From Candidatus Altimarinota bacterium (lineage in GTDB: Bacteria; Patescibacteriota; Gracilibacteria; UBA4473), in assembly GCA_965231215.1 (NCBI GenBank), contig OZ246423.1, positions 1,120,001 through 1,184,000 on the forward strand: a stretch of DNA of 64,000 nt. The letters run 5' to 3'. Shown here in pieces: positions 18,906-28,913 of this stretch (positions are counted from its first letter, which is position 1; each line of letters starts with the position of its first letter). The notes below the pieces were generated by a model. That model saw nothing but the letters and a program-made list of their open reading frames with translations. It did no database searches and was not told the origin of the DNA. Position numbers and translations under genes: made by a program.

Positions 18906-19508
18906 TTATATTTTGTGAGCAGCTACCGCTTCAAATTCATCCATGATATCTAAGTACATGGAGTGATATCTGAACGATATTTTATGAAAGTACTCAGAGA
19001 GCAGGGGAAGGTAGTCTTCATGTAACTCTCGGAGCCATTTTTTTTGTTTTTCAGGTTTGAGGTATTCAATGCTTTGTAAGTTGTGCAGTAAGTCTGCAAG
19101 TTTTATAAAAAAGACGCCGATGTCTTGGTCAAAGGCGCTTTTTAATTGGTTCACAAATTGGTTGTGGCGATCATGGCTAGAGGTGTTTTGGGTATCTTTA
19201 CTGAGCGCATCTACCATAAAGAAAACGTACTTACCAAATTCCTGGATAATGGTTTGTGCTAAGGCTTCAGGATTATCTCCATCCTCTAAAACGTCATGGA
19301 GCAGGGCCGCACAGATCATATCTTCATCCCCTCCAAATTGAGCAATCAGGCAGGCTACTTCTACGGGGTGTTTAATATAGGGTTCGCCTGAGAGTCTTTT
19401 TTGATTTTTATGAACTTCAGCCGCTATTTCATAGGCTCTTTGTACTCGAGCTTGGTTAAAGCTTGAAGACTTAGATTTTAGGGCTTTTTGAAGGACTGAA
19501 AATTCCAT
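18906..19508 (-). CDS. Stand-alone RelA/SpoT HD domain (small alarmone hydrolase-like)
   Basis: HKNQKRLSGEPYIKHP, AALLHDVLED, IKLADLLHN. Confidence 0.9.
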   Translation of the reverse strand: MEFSVLQKALKSKSSSFNQARVQRAYEIAAEVHKNQKRLSGEPYIKHPVEVACLIAQFGGDEDMICAALLHDVLEDGDNPEALAQTIIQEFGKYVFFMVDALSKDTQNTSSHDRHNQFVNQLKSAFDQDIGVFFIKLADLLHNLQSIEYLKPEKQKKWLRELHEDYLPLLSEYFHKISFRYHSMYLDIMDEFEAVAAHKI

Positions 19509-19554
19509 GTTTGAATGTAAAACTTTCTACTATTTATTAAAAAATTTGTCAAAA

Positions 19555-21609
19555 TTATGAACTATTTTCTTTCAGTTTTGTGTAAACACCTTTTTCCTGG
19601 ATTTCAACGACTCCCTCAAGACTTCGAATTTCTTGTATAGCCTTTTTATAAGCTTTTTCATCAGGAATATTGACGGTGAATTTAGCCAATAGAACATTGT
19701 CTTTGAGTTTTTTGAAATCCACCTTCCAGATAAAAATATGCTTTGGAGTGAGTACTTCTGAATAATCACGCATAAGGCCGAGTCGGTCTTTGGCTAAAAT
19801 TGAGAAATGTTTTTGCATAATAAATTCTGCTTCTAGAGTTCTTTCTGGGTCTAAATTTTTAAAAACTTTACAGTTTTTTTCGTGAATTACAAAATCCTTT
19901 CCACGAGTATTGTAGGCGCAGACTTCTTTGCCTGGTTGCGGATTACAACATTTGGCAAATCTATGAGGAAGTCCAAACTCCCCCCCTATCACCATCTGAT
20001 ATTTTTTGAGATCTTCAGGAGTTTTTACTTCTGGAGGCATAAATTTAGGTCTCCGATGCGGACGTGCATATTTTTTAGCTTCGGGTTTTTCGGTTAGGCT
20101 ATTTTCGGTTTGTTGTTTATGGACTTGATTGAGGTAGTTTTGGATTTTATGTCTGGCACTACTAGACTTTACAAACTTGAGCCATTGAGGATTTGGGGCT
20201 CGACCTGTTTTAGACATTATTTCTACGACATCACCGGCTTTAAGTTCTTCACTAAGTGGCTTGATAACCCCATTAACTTTAGCGCCTACACATCCATGAC
20301 CTATTTGGGTATGGATTGCATAAGCAAAATCAATAGGCGTGGCCCCGGTTGGGAGGTTTTTAACATCTCCCTTAGGCGTGAGTACATGAATCCTGGTTTT
20401 TGAGAGTGATTCTGTGACGTGCTGGAAAAAATGATTAGAGGATTCAATCTGAGCTAGCTCTTCCATGTCCTGAGGCACCCAACCAGTGGTTTCTCTATAT
20501 TTTTCATCAAAGTGAGAATCACCACGGGCTTTATAGGCCCAATGGGCGGCTGGCCCTAGTTCTGCATCAAGATGCATTTGCATTGTCCGAATCTGTATTT
20601 CTGTGGGCACTTTACTCTGAGCCAGCCCTAGTACGGTTGTATGGAGGCTTTGATACCCATTCGGCTTTGGGACAGCGATATAGTCTTTGAATCGTCCAGG
20701 AATAGGTTTCCAATGAGCATGGATAAGCCCTAAAGCTCGATAACAATCAGTATCATCACTTACAATTATTCTGAGCGCTAGTAAATCATGAATCTCAGAA
20801 GCGTGTTGAAGGTTTTTCTTTCTTAGTTTTTGTCGTACCGAATAGAGGTTTTTATCTCTTCCCTCGACTTTTTCAAACTCAATTTTGGATTTAGTAAGGA
20901 GCTTTTGAATTTCTTTTTTGGCTTCTTGAATATATTTAATTCGCTCTTTTTTGGATTGTTTAATCTGCGTAGTTAGACGGTCATGTTCTTCCTTGTAAAG
21001 AGCTTTAAAACAAAGATCTTCAATCTGAACTTTAAATTCATTGATCCCAAGTCTATCAGCCACCGGCACATATATCTGTAAAGATTCTCGAGCAATACGA
21101 GCTTGTTTTTCTTGTTTTACATGTCTGAGAGTTTTGAGGTTGTGGATTCGGTCTGCTAGTTTTATAAAAACTACGCGAATATCTTTGGCCATTGCCATAA
21201 AAAGTTTTCTCAAACTTTCTAGCTCTCGTTCTTTACCTTTAAGACGAATCTTTGAAATCTTTTCAACCCCTTCACACAAAAACCGAATATTTGATCCGAA
21301 CTCATTTTCTATCTCATCAGCTGTAGTGGCTGTGTCTTCAATCACATCGTGGAGCAAACACGCACAAATAGTTTCGATATCTGGCTGAATTTGAAGCAGT
21401 ATCTTTGTAGCCGCTATAGGATGAGAAAAATACGGCTCGCCAGAAAATCGTTTTTGATGTTCATGCGCTTTTTTCGCCATACAAAAAGCTTTTTTAATGA
21501 GGGCTTCATCCTTTTTTTTGAAGGATGGATGGTAGTGATTAATCTCATAGATGATTTCTTTAAAATCATCCTCAAAATTACACTCGCAATTAGCCGTATC
21601 TAAGCTCAT
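19555..21609 (-). CDS. rel: Long bifunctional (p)ppGpp synthetase/hydrolase
   Basis: HD (LLHDVIED, KLADRIHN), synthetase (KDYIAVPKPNGYQSLHT, EIQIRT), TGS (ATPIDFAYAIHT), AKCCNP, ACT. Confidence 0.96.
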   Translation of the reverse strand: MSLDTANCECNFEDDFKEIIYEINHYHPSFKKKDEALIKKAFCMAKKAHEHQKRFSGEPYFSHPIAATKILLQIQPDIETICACLLHDVIEDTATTADEIENEFGSNIRFLCEGVEKISKIRLKGKERELESLRKLFMAMAKDIRVVFIKLADRIHNLKTLRHVKQEKQARIARESLQIYVPVADRLGINEFKVQIEDLCFKALYKEEHDRLTTQIKQSKKERIKYIQEAKKEIQKLLTKSKIEFEKVEGRDKNLYSVRQKLRKKNLQHASEIHDLLALRIIVSDDTDCYRALGLIHAHWKPIPGRFKDYIAVPKPNGYQSLHTTVLGLAQSKVPTEIQIRTMQMHLDAELGPAAHWAYKARGDSHFDEKYRETTGWVPQDMEELAQIESSNHFFQHVTESLSKTRIHVLTPKGDVKNLPTGATPIDFAYAIHTQIGHGCVGAKVNGVIKPLSEELKAGDVVEIMSKTGRAPNPQWLKFVKSSSARHKIQNYLNQVHKQQTENSLTEKPEAKKYARPHRRPKFMPPEVKTPEDLKKYQMVIGGEFGLPHRFAKCCNPQPGKEVCAYNTRGKDFVIHEKNCKVFKNLDPERTLEAEFIMQKHFSILAKDRLGLMRDYSEVLTPKHIFIWKVDFKKLKDNVLLAKFTVNIPDEKAYKKAIQEIRSLEGVVEIQEKGVYTKLKENSS

Positions 21610-21726
21610 GGTTGATTAATTCCGATTATGTGATAGGTCGTGGATTTTGTCTATTTTTATTTGGCATTTTTACCACGTCACAAAGACTTTGAAGTAAAGC
21701 TAAATTTCTATATATTTGTTCCACTT

Positions 21727-23916
21727 ATGTCCTCCAGCTTAGCCTTTAGAATTCGAGTAATAAAAATTTTAGCCCTGATTGTAGGGCTTATTTTTACCTG
21801 GAGGCTTTTTGATCTACAGATTTTAAATCACAACACTTATTACAATGAAGCTAAAGCGCAACATGAGAAAAGGTCTATCTTGCCAGCTCGTCGGGGGAAG
21901 ATACTGGCTAAGAAAAATTATTTTTCAGAAGAGCTCACGCCCCTGGCCACGAACAATACATTAAAAATGTTGTATGTAGACCCTTTGGTCTTAGCCTATC
22001 CCAAATACGATCCTCAACTCCCTTTAGAATCTCAAGAGCGGGGAAGCCCCCGAGAGGTCGCCAACTTGCTGGCACCAATATTGATTCACTCACACTGTGA
22101 ACGCATAGAGGGATGCATTATAGAAACAGACCCAGACCAATGGACAGAACCTGAGCGCATTGCCATTGAGGCGTATGCGCGTGAACTTGAATCCATCTTT
22201 ACCCAAATAGAACGAGTAAGAGTCATCATAGAAACCGATATTGCTGAAAGTCGTATAGAACAAATTCAGAGCATGAATTTAACCGGAATTAGAGCAGAAG
22301 GGACTTCAGTTATAGCCGATCCTACTAGAGTGACCGATATGGCAAGCACAGCTGATAGTTTGGCTCAGGTCCTTAATCTAGATTCTGGAAAACTGCAAAA
22401 ACTACTTCAAAGACGTCCTCGGCGTTACGTAGAAGTCGTGAACAAAATGGTGCCAGAAGTATCACAATATATTACAGATCTAAAAGGAAATCCGCGCTAT
22501 AGAGAAATGCTCAGAGGGGTGCGAATGAAAGACGAACACTGGCGGTACTATCCAGAAAGAAACTTAGCATCGCAGGTTTTAGGGTTTGTAGACTCACAGG
22601 GGAACGGACAGTATGGAATTGAAGGACGATTTGACATTGATCTGCGTGGGCAAGAAGGCTTTATTTATGGAGCGACCAATACTCGTGGGCAACGGATTTT
22701 GGGAAAAGGATCGGGAATCACTCAGGCCCGTGATGGGGCCGATGTTGTCATCTCAATTGATCGTATTATTCAGGGACAGATAGAAGAAATACTAGCCGAA
22801 GATCTTGAGCGTTTTCAGGCAGACTTTGGACAAATTGTCGTAGTAGAACCAAGCACCGGAAGAGTACTGGCAATGGTACACGCACCAAGTTTTGATCCTA
22901 ATGAATATGGGAAAGCCTTTTTAAAGTATGAGATTTCTCATGAGCAGTACCAAGCCGATCAAGAAGACGAAAATTTCAATAAGCGTATCCCGACAGAAAA
23001 CATTGAAGGCAGCCTTTATCGTTACTTTAATACCTGGGGGCCGCAGGTATTTAGAAACAAAATTATCTCAGATTCATATGAACCAGGGTCAGTGATGAAA
23101 GCTATTACTATGGCAGCAGCCCTTAACTCAGATGAAGTAACACCAGAAACTATTTACATTGATGAGGGTCCAATTGAGGTAGATGAGTTTAAGATTAGAA
23201 ATTCAGATCATACCTACGCCGGGCCTACCTCGATGATCTCTGTGCTTAATCGATCTCTCAATACGGGTATTGCTTTTATTACACGAAAAATGGGAGCGAA
23301 ATTAACCTATGAGTATCTGCATAATTTTGGATTTGGACAGTTTACCGATATCGAACTTCCGGGGGAAGAAGAGGGGAATTTAGAATTCTGGAAAGATTGG
23401 GCGGAATCTGAGCTTATTACTCGAGGGTTTGGACAAGGGTTACTAGCTACACCACTACAAATGACAATGGCTTTTTCTGCTCTAGCTAATGGAGGATATT
23501 TAATGAAACCCATTGTGGTTGAAGAAATTAGATACAAAGATGGGCAAGCCTCCAAAATTATTCACCCAGAACGTATCAGGAGAGTGATTTCAGATTCGGC
23601 ATACAACACCATTAAGTCGATGCTGCTGAATGTGGTAAATACAGGGACTGGCAGAGGCGCTAGAGTCTTTGGATATTCAGTGATGGGAAAAACTGGAACC
23701 TCACAAACTTATAAAAACGGAAAAGTTCTAGAAGGCGTAGGAACCACCATTGCGACTTTTGCTGGTTTTGGGCCTATCAAAGAACCCAAGTTTGTGATTT
23801 TAGTGAAATACGATTATCCCAAAACTTCTCAGTGGGGATCAGAAACAGCCGCAGTCACATTCAAAACAGTAGCAGAGTTCCTTTTTGACTACTTTGAACT
23901 ACCACCAGATCGGTAG
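21727..23916 (+). CDS. Class B penicillin-binding protein (FtsI/PBP2-like)
   Basis: N-terminal TM, ARRGKI, RYYP, YEPGSVMK (SxxK), SLN, KTGT. Confidence 0.94.
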   Translation: MSSSLAFRIRVIKILALIVGLIFTWRLFDLQILNHNTYYNEAKAQHEKRSILPARRGKILAKKNYFSEELTPLATNNTLKMLYVDPLVLAYPKYDPQLPLESQERGSPREVANLLAPILIHSHCERIEGCIIETDPDQWTEPERIAIEAYARELESIFTQIERVRVIIETDIAESRIEQIQSMNLTGIRAEGTSVIADPTRVTDMASTADSLAQVLNLDSGKLQKLLQRRPRRYVEVVNKMVPEVSQYITDLKGNPRYREMLRGVRMKDEHWRYYPERNLASQVLGFVDSQGNGQYGIEGRFDIDLRGQEGFIYGATNTRGQRILGKGSGITQARDGADVVISIDRIIQGQIEEILAEDLERFQADFGQIVVVEPSTGRVLAMVHAPSFDPNEYGKAFLKYEISHEQYQADQEDENFNKRIPTENIEGSLYRYFNTWGPQVFRNKIISDSYEPGSVMKAITMAAALNSDEVTPETIYIDEGPIEVDEFKIRNSDHTYAGPTSMISVLNRSLNTGIAFITRKMGAKLTYEYLHNFGFGQFTDIELPGEEEGNLEFWKDWAESELITRGFGQGLLATPLQMTMAFSALANGGYLMKPIVVEEIRYKDGQASKIIHPERIRRVISDSAYNTIKSMLLNVVNTGTGRGARVFGYSVMGKTGTSQTYKNGKVLEGVGTTIATFAGFGPIKEPKFVILVKYDYPKTSQWGSETAAVTFKTVAEFLFDYFELPPDR

Positions 23917-23983
23917 CGTGTGTCATAGTGAGGCTGGCTCAGTTTGTTGTTTTATACCAAGTGTTCTAGACTCAATACTAGTC

Positions 23984-25072
23984 CTATTTAGATTTTTTTG
24001 AGTATGGATTTTCTTCACCATCCCAAATAACTTTTTGAACCGGGTAGGCAATCTTGATACCGTTTTTTTCTAAAGCTTCTTTTATCTGAATTAGAACGTC
24101 CTCTTGAGTATTTACATAGTCATACCAATCATCACTACTTAAAAAATATACAAATTGATAGCGCATGTAATAATCTTCAAAAGATCTTAAAGCGCCAAAA
24201 TCAAAGCGAGCGTCCTTTTCTAACTCTACAGCTTTTTGCACGATTTCACTGACTTTTTGGAGTTTTTTATTATCCGTGTAGTAGTCAATCCGGAGATCAA
24301 AAGAGATTCTTCGTTCTTTAAGTTCCCCGTAATTATTAATTCGAGTTTCGGTAAGTTCTCGGTTAGAGATAACCAACTCCTCGCCATCGAGGCTTCTGAG
24401 TCTTGTGGTTTTAAGTCCGATTTTTTCGACACTTCCACCGTTATCGCCTAATTGAATCCAATCGCCAACTTTGAAAGGTTTGTCAAAGTAAATGGTAAAA
24501 CTAGCAAAAAGATCAGACAAAATGTTCTGAATCGCTAGAGCTACCGCAATCCCTAAAATCCCAAGGGAAGTAGCCAAAGCCGAAACATCAATCCCAATAT
24601 TAGAAAGAATTAGCACTAGAGCCAAGCTCCAGAGTAAAAATTTCAACATCATTTTGGTTCCCTGAACAGCGGTTCGGTTTCCATGATTTTCGGCATCAAG
24701 TAAAAAGAGCTCAGCAATAAGCTGGACAATGCGAGTGCCTTCAATAACGCCCCAAATTACAATAACCGGAATAAACACATAATTAAAATGAATTGGCATA
24801 TTAAGGGTTTGAACCGCTATAAAAACAGAAAGAAGTCTCCAAAAATTTGGAGAAATATTTTCTATAGCGATGATGAGTTTTTCGTCCCAATAATATTTGT
24901 TATGCCCACAAAGAGCTTTAATGCGAAGAATGATCACGGTTCTAAAAAGTCGGAATCCTAAAAAAAGCCCCAAAAACAAGAGCATCGCGTGAATATAGTC
25001 GGCACAACTGTTCCCCCACAAAATGGTATTTTGGCATTGAATATAGATTTCGGTGATAGATTCCCAAATCAT
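23984..25072 (-). CDS. MscS-family mechanosensitive channel
   Basis: ALAIQNILSDLFAS...DKPFKVGDWI...GSVEKIGLKTTRLRSLDGE. Confidence 0.93.
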   Translation of the reverse strand: MIWESITEIYIQCQNTILWGNSCADYIHAMLLFLGLFLGFRLFRTVIILRIKALCGHNKYYWDEKLIIAIENISPNFWRLLSVFIAVQTLNMPIHFNYVFIPVIVIWGVIEGTRIVQLIAELFLLDAENHGNRTAVQGTKMMLKFLLWSLALVLILSNIGIDVSALATSLGILGIAVALAIQNILSDLFASFTIYFDKPFKVGDWIQLGDNGGSVEKIGLKTTRLRSLDGEELVISNRELTETRINNYGELKERRISFDLRIDYYTDNKKLQKVSEIVQKAVELEKDARFDFGALRSFEDYYMRYQFVYFLSSDDWYDYVNTQEDVLIQIKEALEKNGIKIAYPVQKVIWDGEENPYSKKSK

Positions 25073-25167
25073 CCTGCTATTATAGCAGAAATAAGCGGTT
25101 TTTTCAAATACAGACTTTAAAAAAAATGAAATTTTTGGTATAATGCTCAGATTTATTTTGAAAAATC

Positions 25168-25479
25168 ATGGCTTGGGGAAATATTTGGAAACGAAATCCA
25201 GAAAAGAAAGAGACAGCTCCACACACAGCTGAACTTGGACAATTGCGTCAAGAATTAGCTCACAAAGTAACCTTTGATCAGGCTGCTGAGGCTCAAGACC
25301 GATTAGCAGAGTCTCGCGCAAAGCTTGAGTATTTGGAGGAAAAAACCAAGCGAGGCGAAGCTGTTCCAGATTCCTATATGAGCTACGCTGAAGCTCGGGT
25401 TAGGACGGATGAAGCATTAGTGGCTCAATATGGTGATCAATCGGCCTTAGCGGACTTGAGTAAAGAAGTCCAAGCCTAA
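25168..25479 (+). CDS. Hypothetical protein
   Basis: 103-aa helical ORF with TGGTATAAT promoter upstream. Confidence 0.65.
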   Translation: MAWGNIWKRNPEKKETAPHTAELGQLRQELAHKVTFDQAAEAQDRLAESRAKLEYLEEKTKRGEAVPDSYMSYAEARVRTDEALVAQYGDQSALADLSKEVQA

Positions 25480-25603
25480 ACCATTCGATTCCGAAACTCA
25501 TTTGACGCGCCTCAATACGGCTCCAGGGGGGTAGTTTTTCAGGAGTTCTAAGTGAGAGGAGAGGAGATGGTTCTATAAAGAGAATAGCCCTCCAGAAAGT
25601 TAT

Positions 25604-25802
25604 TTATACTGTGTAGTTATCAGTTCATTCCACCTTGAATTTAGTTTTTTTAATGAGGTTTTCCTTATTTTTTTGAGATCCAGCTTTTAATTTTTTTTCA
25701 AAATTAAAAGCCTCTTTCATGGAATCTGTTTCATCAAACCAACCCAATTTTAGACAATTGTATTGAGTCGTAAATCCTGGTTTTTCTTTAGATTTATGCC
25801 GA
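25604..25802 (-). pseudogene. GIY-YIG (YhbQ/UPF0213-like) endonuclease remnant, C-terminal half
   Basis: HKSKEKPGFTTQYNCLKLGWFDE...EAFNFEKKLKAGSQKNKENLI, then frameshifted NSRWNEL; N-terminal GIY/YIG motifs missing. Confidence 0.7.
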
Positions 25803-25894
25803 TTAATTTTGGCTTCGTGATTGAGTTTTAGCTTTTCAACATACCAAACTTACTTTAGGCACAGAGTTCAAAATGCCGCCTATCATATGGGCCA

Positions 25895-26728
25895 TTATTT
25901 AATGGTGTGTAAATGTACATCCCTTTGTGGGTAAGGAATAGAGATGCCTGCGGCATCAAAGGCTTTTTTGACTTTTCGGTTCATAGTGTAGGGAAGCGTC
26001 CAAGAGTCATCAGTTTTAGCGAAAGCTCGGACTTGTAAATTAACAGAACTGTCAGCCAGTTCATGTACAAAAAAGGTTGGCTCAGGGGTGTCTAAGACAG
26101 TTTTTTCTTTTTTGATGAGGTCTTTGAGGATTTTTTCAGCCTTATCAATATCGTCTCCATACCCAATCCCAAAGATCATATCTACCCGGCGCGTTCCTTT
26201 TTTAGAGTAGTTCATCATAGGGTTATTCGAAAGTTCTCCATTGGGGATTACTACAATTTCATTGCTTGGAGTTTTTAAAAGCGTGTATAGAATTTCAATT
26301 TTTTGGACGGTTCCATTAAACCCTTGAGCTTCAATATAGTCTCCAATTTTAAAAGGTTTAAACACCAAGATAAGTACCCCTCCAGCAAAGTTGGCCAGAC
26401 TTCCTTGTAGTGCTAATCCAATAGCAAGACCGGCCGCCCCAAACATGGCTACAAACGTGGTCATTTGGATACCCAACATTCCCGCCACGGTGATAAAGAG
26501 GACAATTTTAAGGGCAATGCTAATAAGGCTTTCAATAAATCCTTCTAGCGCTTCATCAAAATTAAGTTTCTCAAAAGCTTGATGAATGCCCCGAATAAGC
26601 TGATTAATAATTATCCACCCAATAATAAGCACCACCATTGCACCAAATACTCGAGGCGTAATTTCTCCTATTTTTGCTAAAACAATACTAACATAGTTAT
26701 TCCAAGGGAGGTTCATCAACAATTCCAT
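25895..26728 (-). CDS. mscS: Small-conductance mechanosensitive channel MscS
   Basis: GAAGLAIGLALQGSLANFAGGVLIL.FKPFKIGD; ISIPYPQRDVH. Confidence 0.95.
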   Translation of the reverse strand: MELLMNLPWNNYVSIVLAKIGEITPRVFGAMVVLIIGWIIINQLIRGIHQAFEKLNFDEALEGFIESLISIALKIVLFITVAGMLGIQMTTFVAMFGAAGLAIGLALQGSLANFAGGVLILVFKPFKIGDYIEAQGFNGTVQKIEILYTLLKTPSNEIVVIPNGELSNNPMMNYSKKGTRRVDMIFGIGYGDDIDKAEKILKDLIKKEKTVLDTPEPTFFVHELADSSVNLQVRAFAKTDDSWTLPYTMNRKVKKAFDAAGISIPYPQRDVHLHTIK

Positions 26729-26788
26729 AGATCAAAAAATTAAATTCGACCTTAGTGTAAAAAAATCCTTGAAGCTCTACAACCCAAG

Positions 26789-27313
26789 TTATTGCAAAAA
26801 CCCTTCCTTCAGTAGTTCTTTAGCAGTCAATTTATCAACCCCTCGTGATTGGAAGTATAGCACTTTTTCTTTATCCACTGGGGCAATAGAGGCTCCATGA
26901 CCGGCTGACTTTACTTTATCGGTTTCCACTCGAAGCACAGGGAGAGATTTACCCTTAGCCTGGTCAAAGAGGATGATGTTTTCTTCAATATGGGCTTCAG
27001 CATTTTCAGATTCACTTGTCAGAGTGCCAGACCCATCAAATTCTAAAAAGCTCTCACCTTCGGCCGTTCCTTTGAGCTGGATAGAGCCGATTTGTTCTTT
27101 TCCTTTGAAAATCTGTTTAATCTGCCAGGTTTTACGATCGGTTCCTTTAGATTGAGCTCGACCTTGGATATGGCATTCAGCATTCTCGCCTTCTAATTTT
27201 ACAACGAGCTGGAAATCTCTAGACCCTTCATCAAAATCTTCTAAAAAAATTTCTAAGCATTCTTGTGCCTTGAGGGTTATATTTTTTTCACCAGTGGGGT
27301 TGGTCAGTTTCAT
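26789..27313 (-). CDS. sufD: Short SufD-like protein
   Basis: SLPVLRVETDKVKSAGHGASIAPVD...YFQSRG; downstream of sufB. Confidence 0.8.
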   Translation of the reverse strand: MKLTNPTGEKNITLKAQECLEIFLEDFDEGSRDFQLVVKLEGENAECHIQGRAQSKGTDRKTWQIKQIFKGKEQIGSIQLKGTAEGESFLEFDGSGTLTSESENAEAHIEENIILFDQAKGKSLPVLRVETDKVKSAGHGASIAPVDKEKVLYFQSRGVDKLTAKELLKEGFLQ

Positions 27314-27500
27314 CAGTCACAAATGTAGTTAAAAGTCAGTAACAAGCAATTTAACTTTATTTATTAGATTATTATTAAGGTATTAAAAATGCTTATCCTA
27401 CATTGAATAGGCAAATGCAATGAGCAGGAGGAAGTTAGGGATTAGGCGGTAAGGAGAAGAAGACTTCGTGCGGAGTTTTGGTGCTTGAAGAATTGAATTT

Positions 27501-28913
27501 TTACCCCACACTTCCTTCCATCTCTAACTCAATTAATCGGTTTAGTTCTCCCGCGTATTCAAGTGGGAGGGTTTTTACAATTTCATTAAGGAAGCCATTT
27601 ACAATCATGCCTTTAGCGGTTTCTTCATCAATCCCTCGGGATTGAAAGTAGAGGAGTACCTCATCCGAAATTTTTCCAGCACTGGCTTCATGGTTTACTT
27701 GGGCGGTGTCATTTTCACAATTAATAAGCGGGATGGTGTCAGAAATTGACCCCAAATTATCTAGCATTAACGCATCACATTCTACAGTTACTATGGCGTT
27801 ATGAGCCGTTTTTTTGATATCTAAGAGTCCCCGATAGATAGAAATGCCACCTCCTTTGGATAAACTTTTACTCACCACAGAAGCGCGGCAGTTTTTTCCG
27901 GTAATGGTGATTTTGGCTCCAGTGTCTTGATTCTGATCTTTGTTAGCAAAAGCCACTCCTAGATGTTCGGCCCGGGCATTATCTCCTACTATTATAGAGG
28001 CTGGGTACAGCATAGTGGTTCCAGAACCGAGATTGCCCCCAACCCATTCCATTTTGGCGTTGTCCTGGATGATAGCTCTTTTTGTATTAAGGTTGTAGGT
28101 GTCTTGAGACCAGTTTTCTACAGAAGAGTATCTCGCTCGTGCCCCTTTCCCTACAAAGACCTCAACCCCTCCAGCATGGAGTGAGTTTTCTCCAAATTTT
28201 GGAGCAGAGCACCCTTCAATGTATTCTACATCAGCACTGTCTTCCACTACGATGAGGGTGTGTTCAAACTGACCCCCATTTTTGGCATTCATCCGGAAGT
28301 AGGCTTGTAGTGGTTGATCCACTTTTACTCCAGCTGGAACGTACAAAAAAGTACCGCCAGAAAAGATCGCATAGTGAAGCGCACTAAACTTATGGTCATT
28401 TATAGGGATACATTTGGTGAAATATTTTTGAACCAGATCTGGGTATTTTTCAATTGCCTGGTCAAAGTCTTCAAAGATTACGCCTTTATCAACCCATTCA
28501 TCCTTGAGATTGTGGTAGACAGTTTCACTATCGTATTGAGCGCCTACTCCGGCAAGAACGGCTCGTTCAGCTTCGGGAATTTTAAGCCGCTCGAAGGTTT
28601 GTTTGATTGCCTCTGGAACATCATCCCAAGATTTTTGATTTTTTTCACTTTCTGGAGAGGTAAAGTAGCGAATCTCACTCAGATCCAAATGGGACAAATC
28701 GGGGCCCCAAGTAGGCATTGGCTGAGACTGGAATTTTTTAAACGCTTTAAGGCGAATATTCAGAACCCATTGAGGTTCGTTTTTTTCTTTAGAAATAAGG
28801 CGGATTAGATTTTCAGAAAGCCCTTTTTCATACTTAGTCACATAGGACTGATCATCCGCATGATCTAGATCTTCCCGGGTAATTTTGTCGAAAGCCACAC
28901 TACTATCTGACAT
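27501..28913 (-). CDS. sufB: Fe-S cluster assembly protein SufB
   Basis: GVGAQYDSE, FSGGTFLYVP, GQFEHTLI, YIEGCSAP, LPLEYA.ELNRLI.LEMEGSVG. Confidence 0.97.
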   Translation of the reverse strand: MSDSSVAFDKITREDLDHADDQSYVTKYEKGLSENLIRLISKEKNEPQWVLNIRLKAFKKFQSQPMPTWGPDLSHLDLSEIRYFTSPESEKNQKSWDDVPEAIKQTFERLKIPEAERAVLAGVGAQYDSETVYHNLKDEWVDKGVIFEDFDQAIEKYPDLVQKYFTKCIPINDHKFSALHYAIFSGGTFLYVPAGVKVDQPLQAYFRMNAKNGGQFEHTLIVVEDSADVEYIEGCSAPKFGENSLHAGGVEVFVGKGARARYSSVENWSQDTYNLNTKRAIIQDNAKMEWVGGNLGSGTTMLYPASIIVGDNARAEHLGVAFANKDQNQDTGAKITITGKNCRASVVSKSLSKGGGISIYRGLLDIKKTAHNAIVTVECDALMLDNLGSISDTIPLINCENDTAQVNHEASAGKISDEVLLYFQSRGIDEETAKGMIVNGFLNEIVKTLPLEYAGELNRLIELEMEGSVG

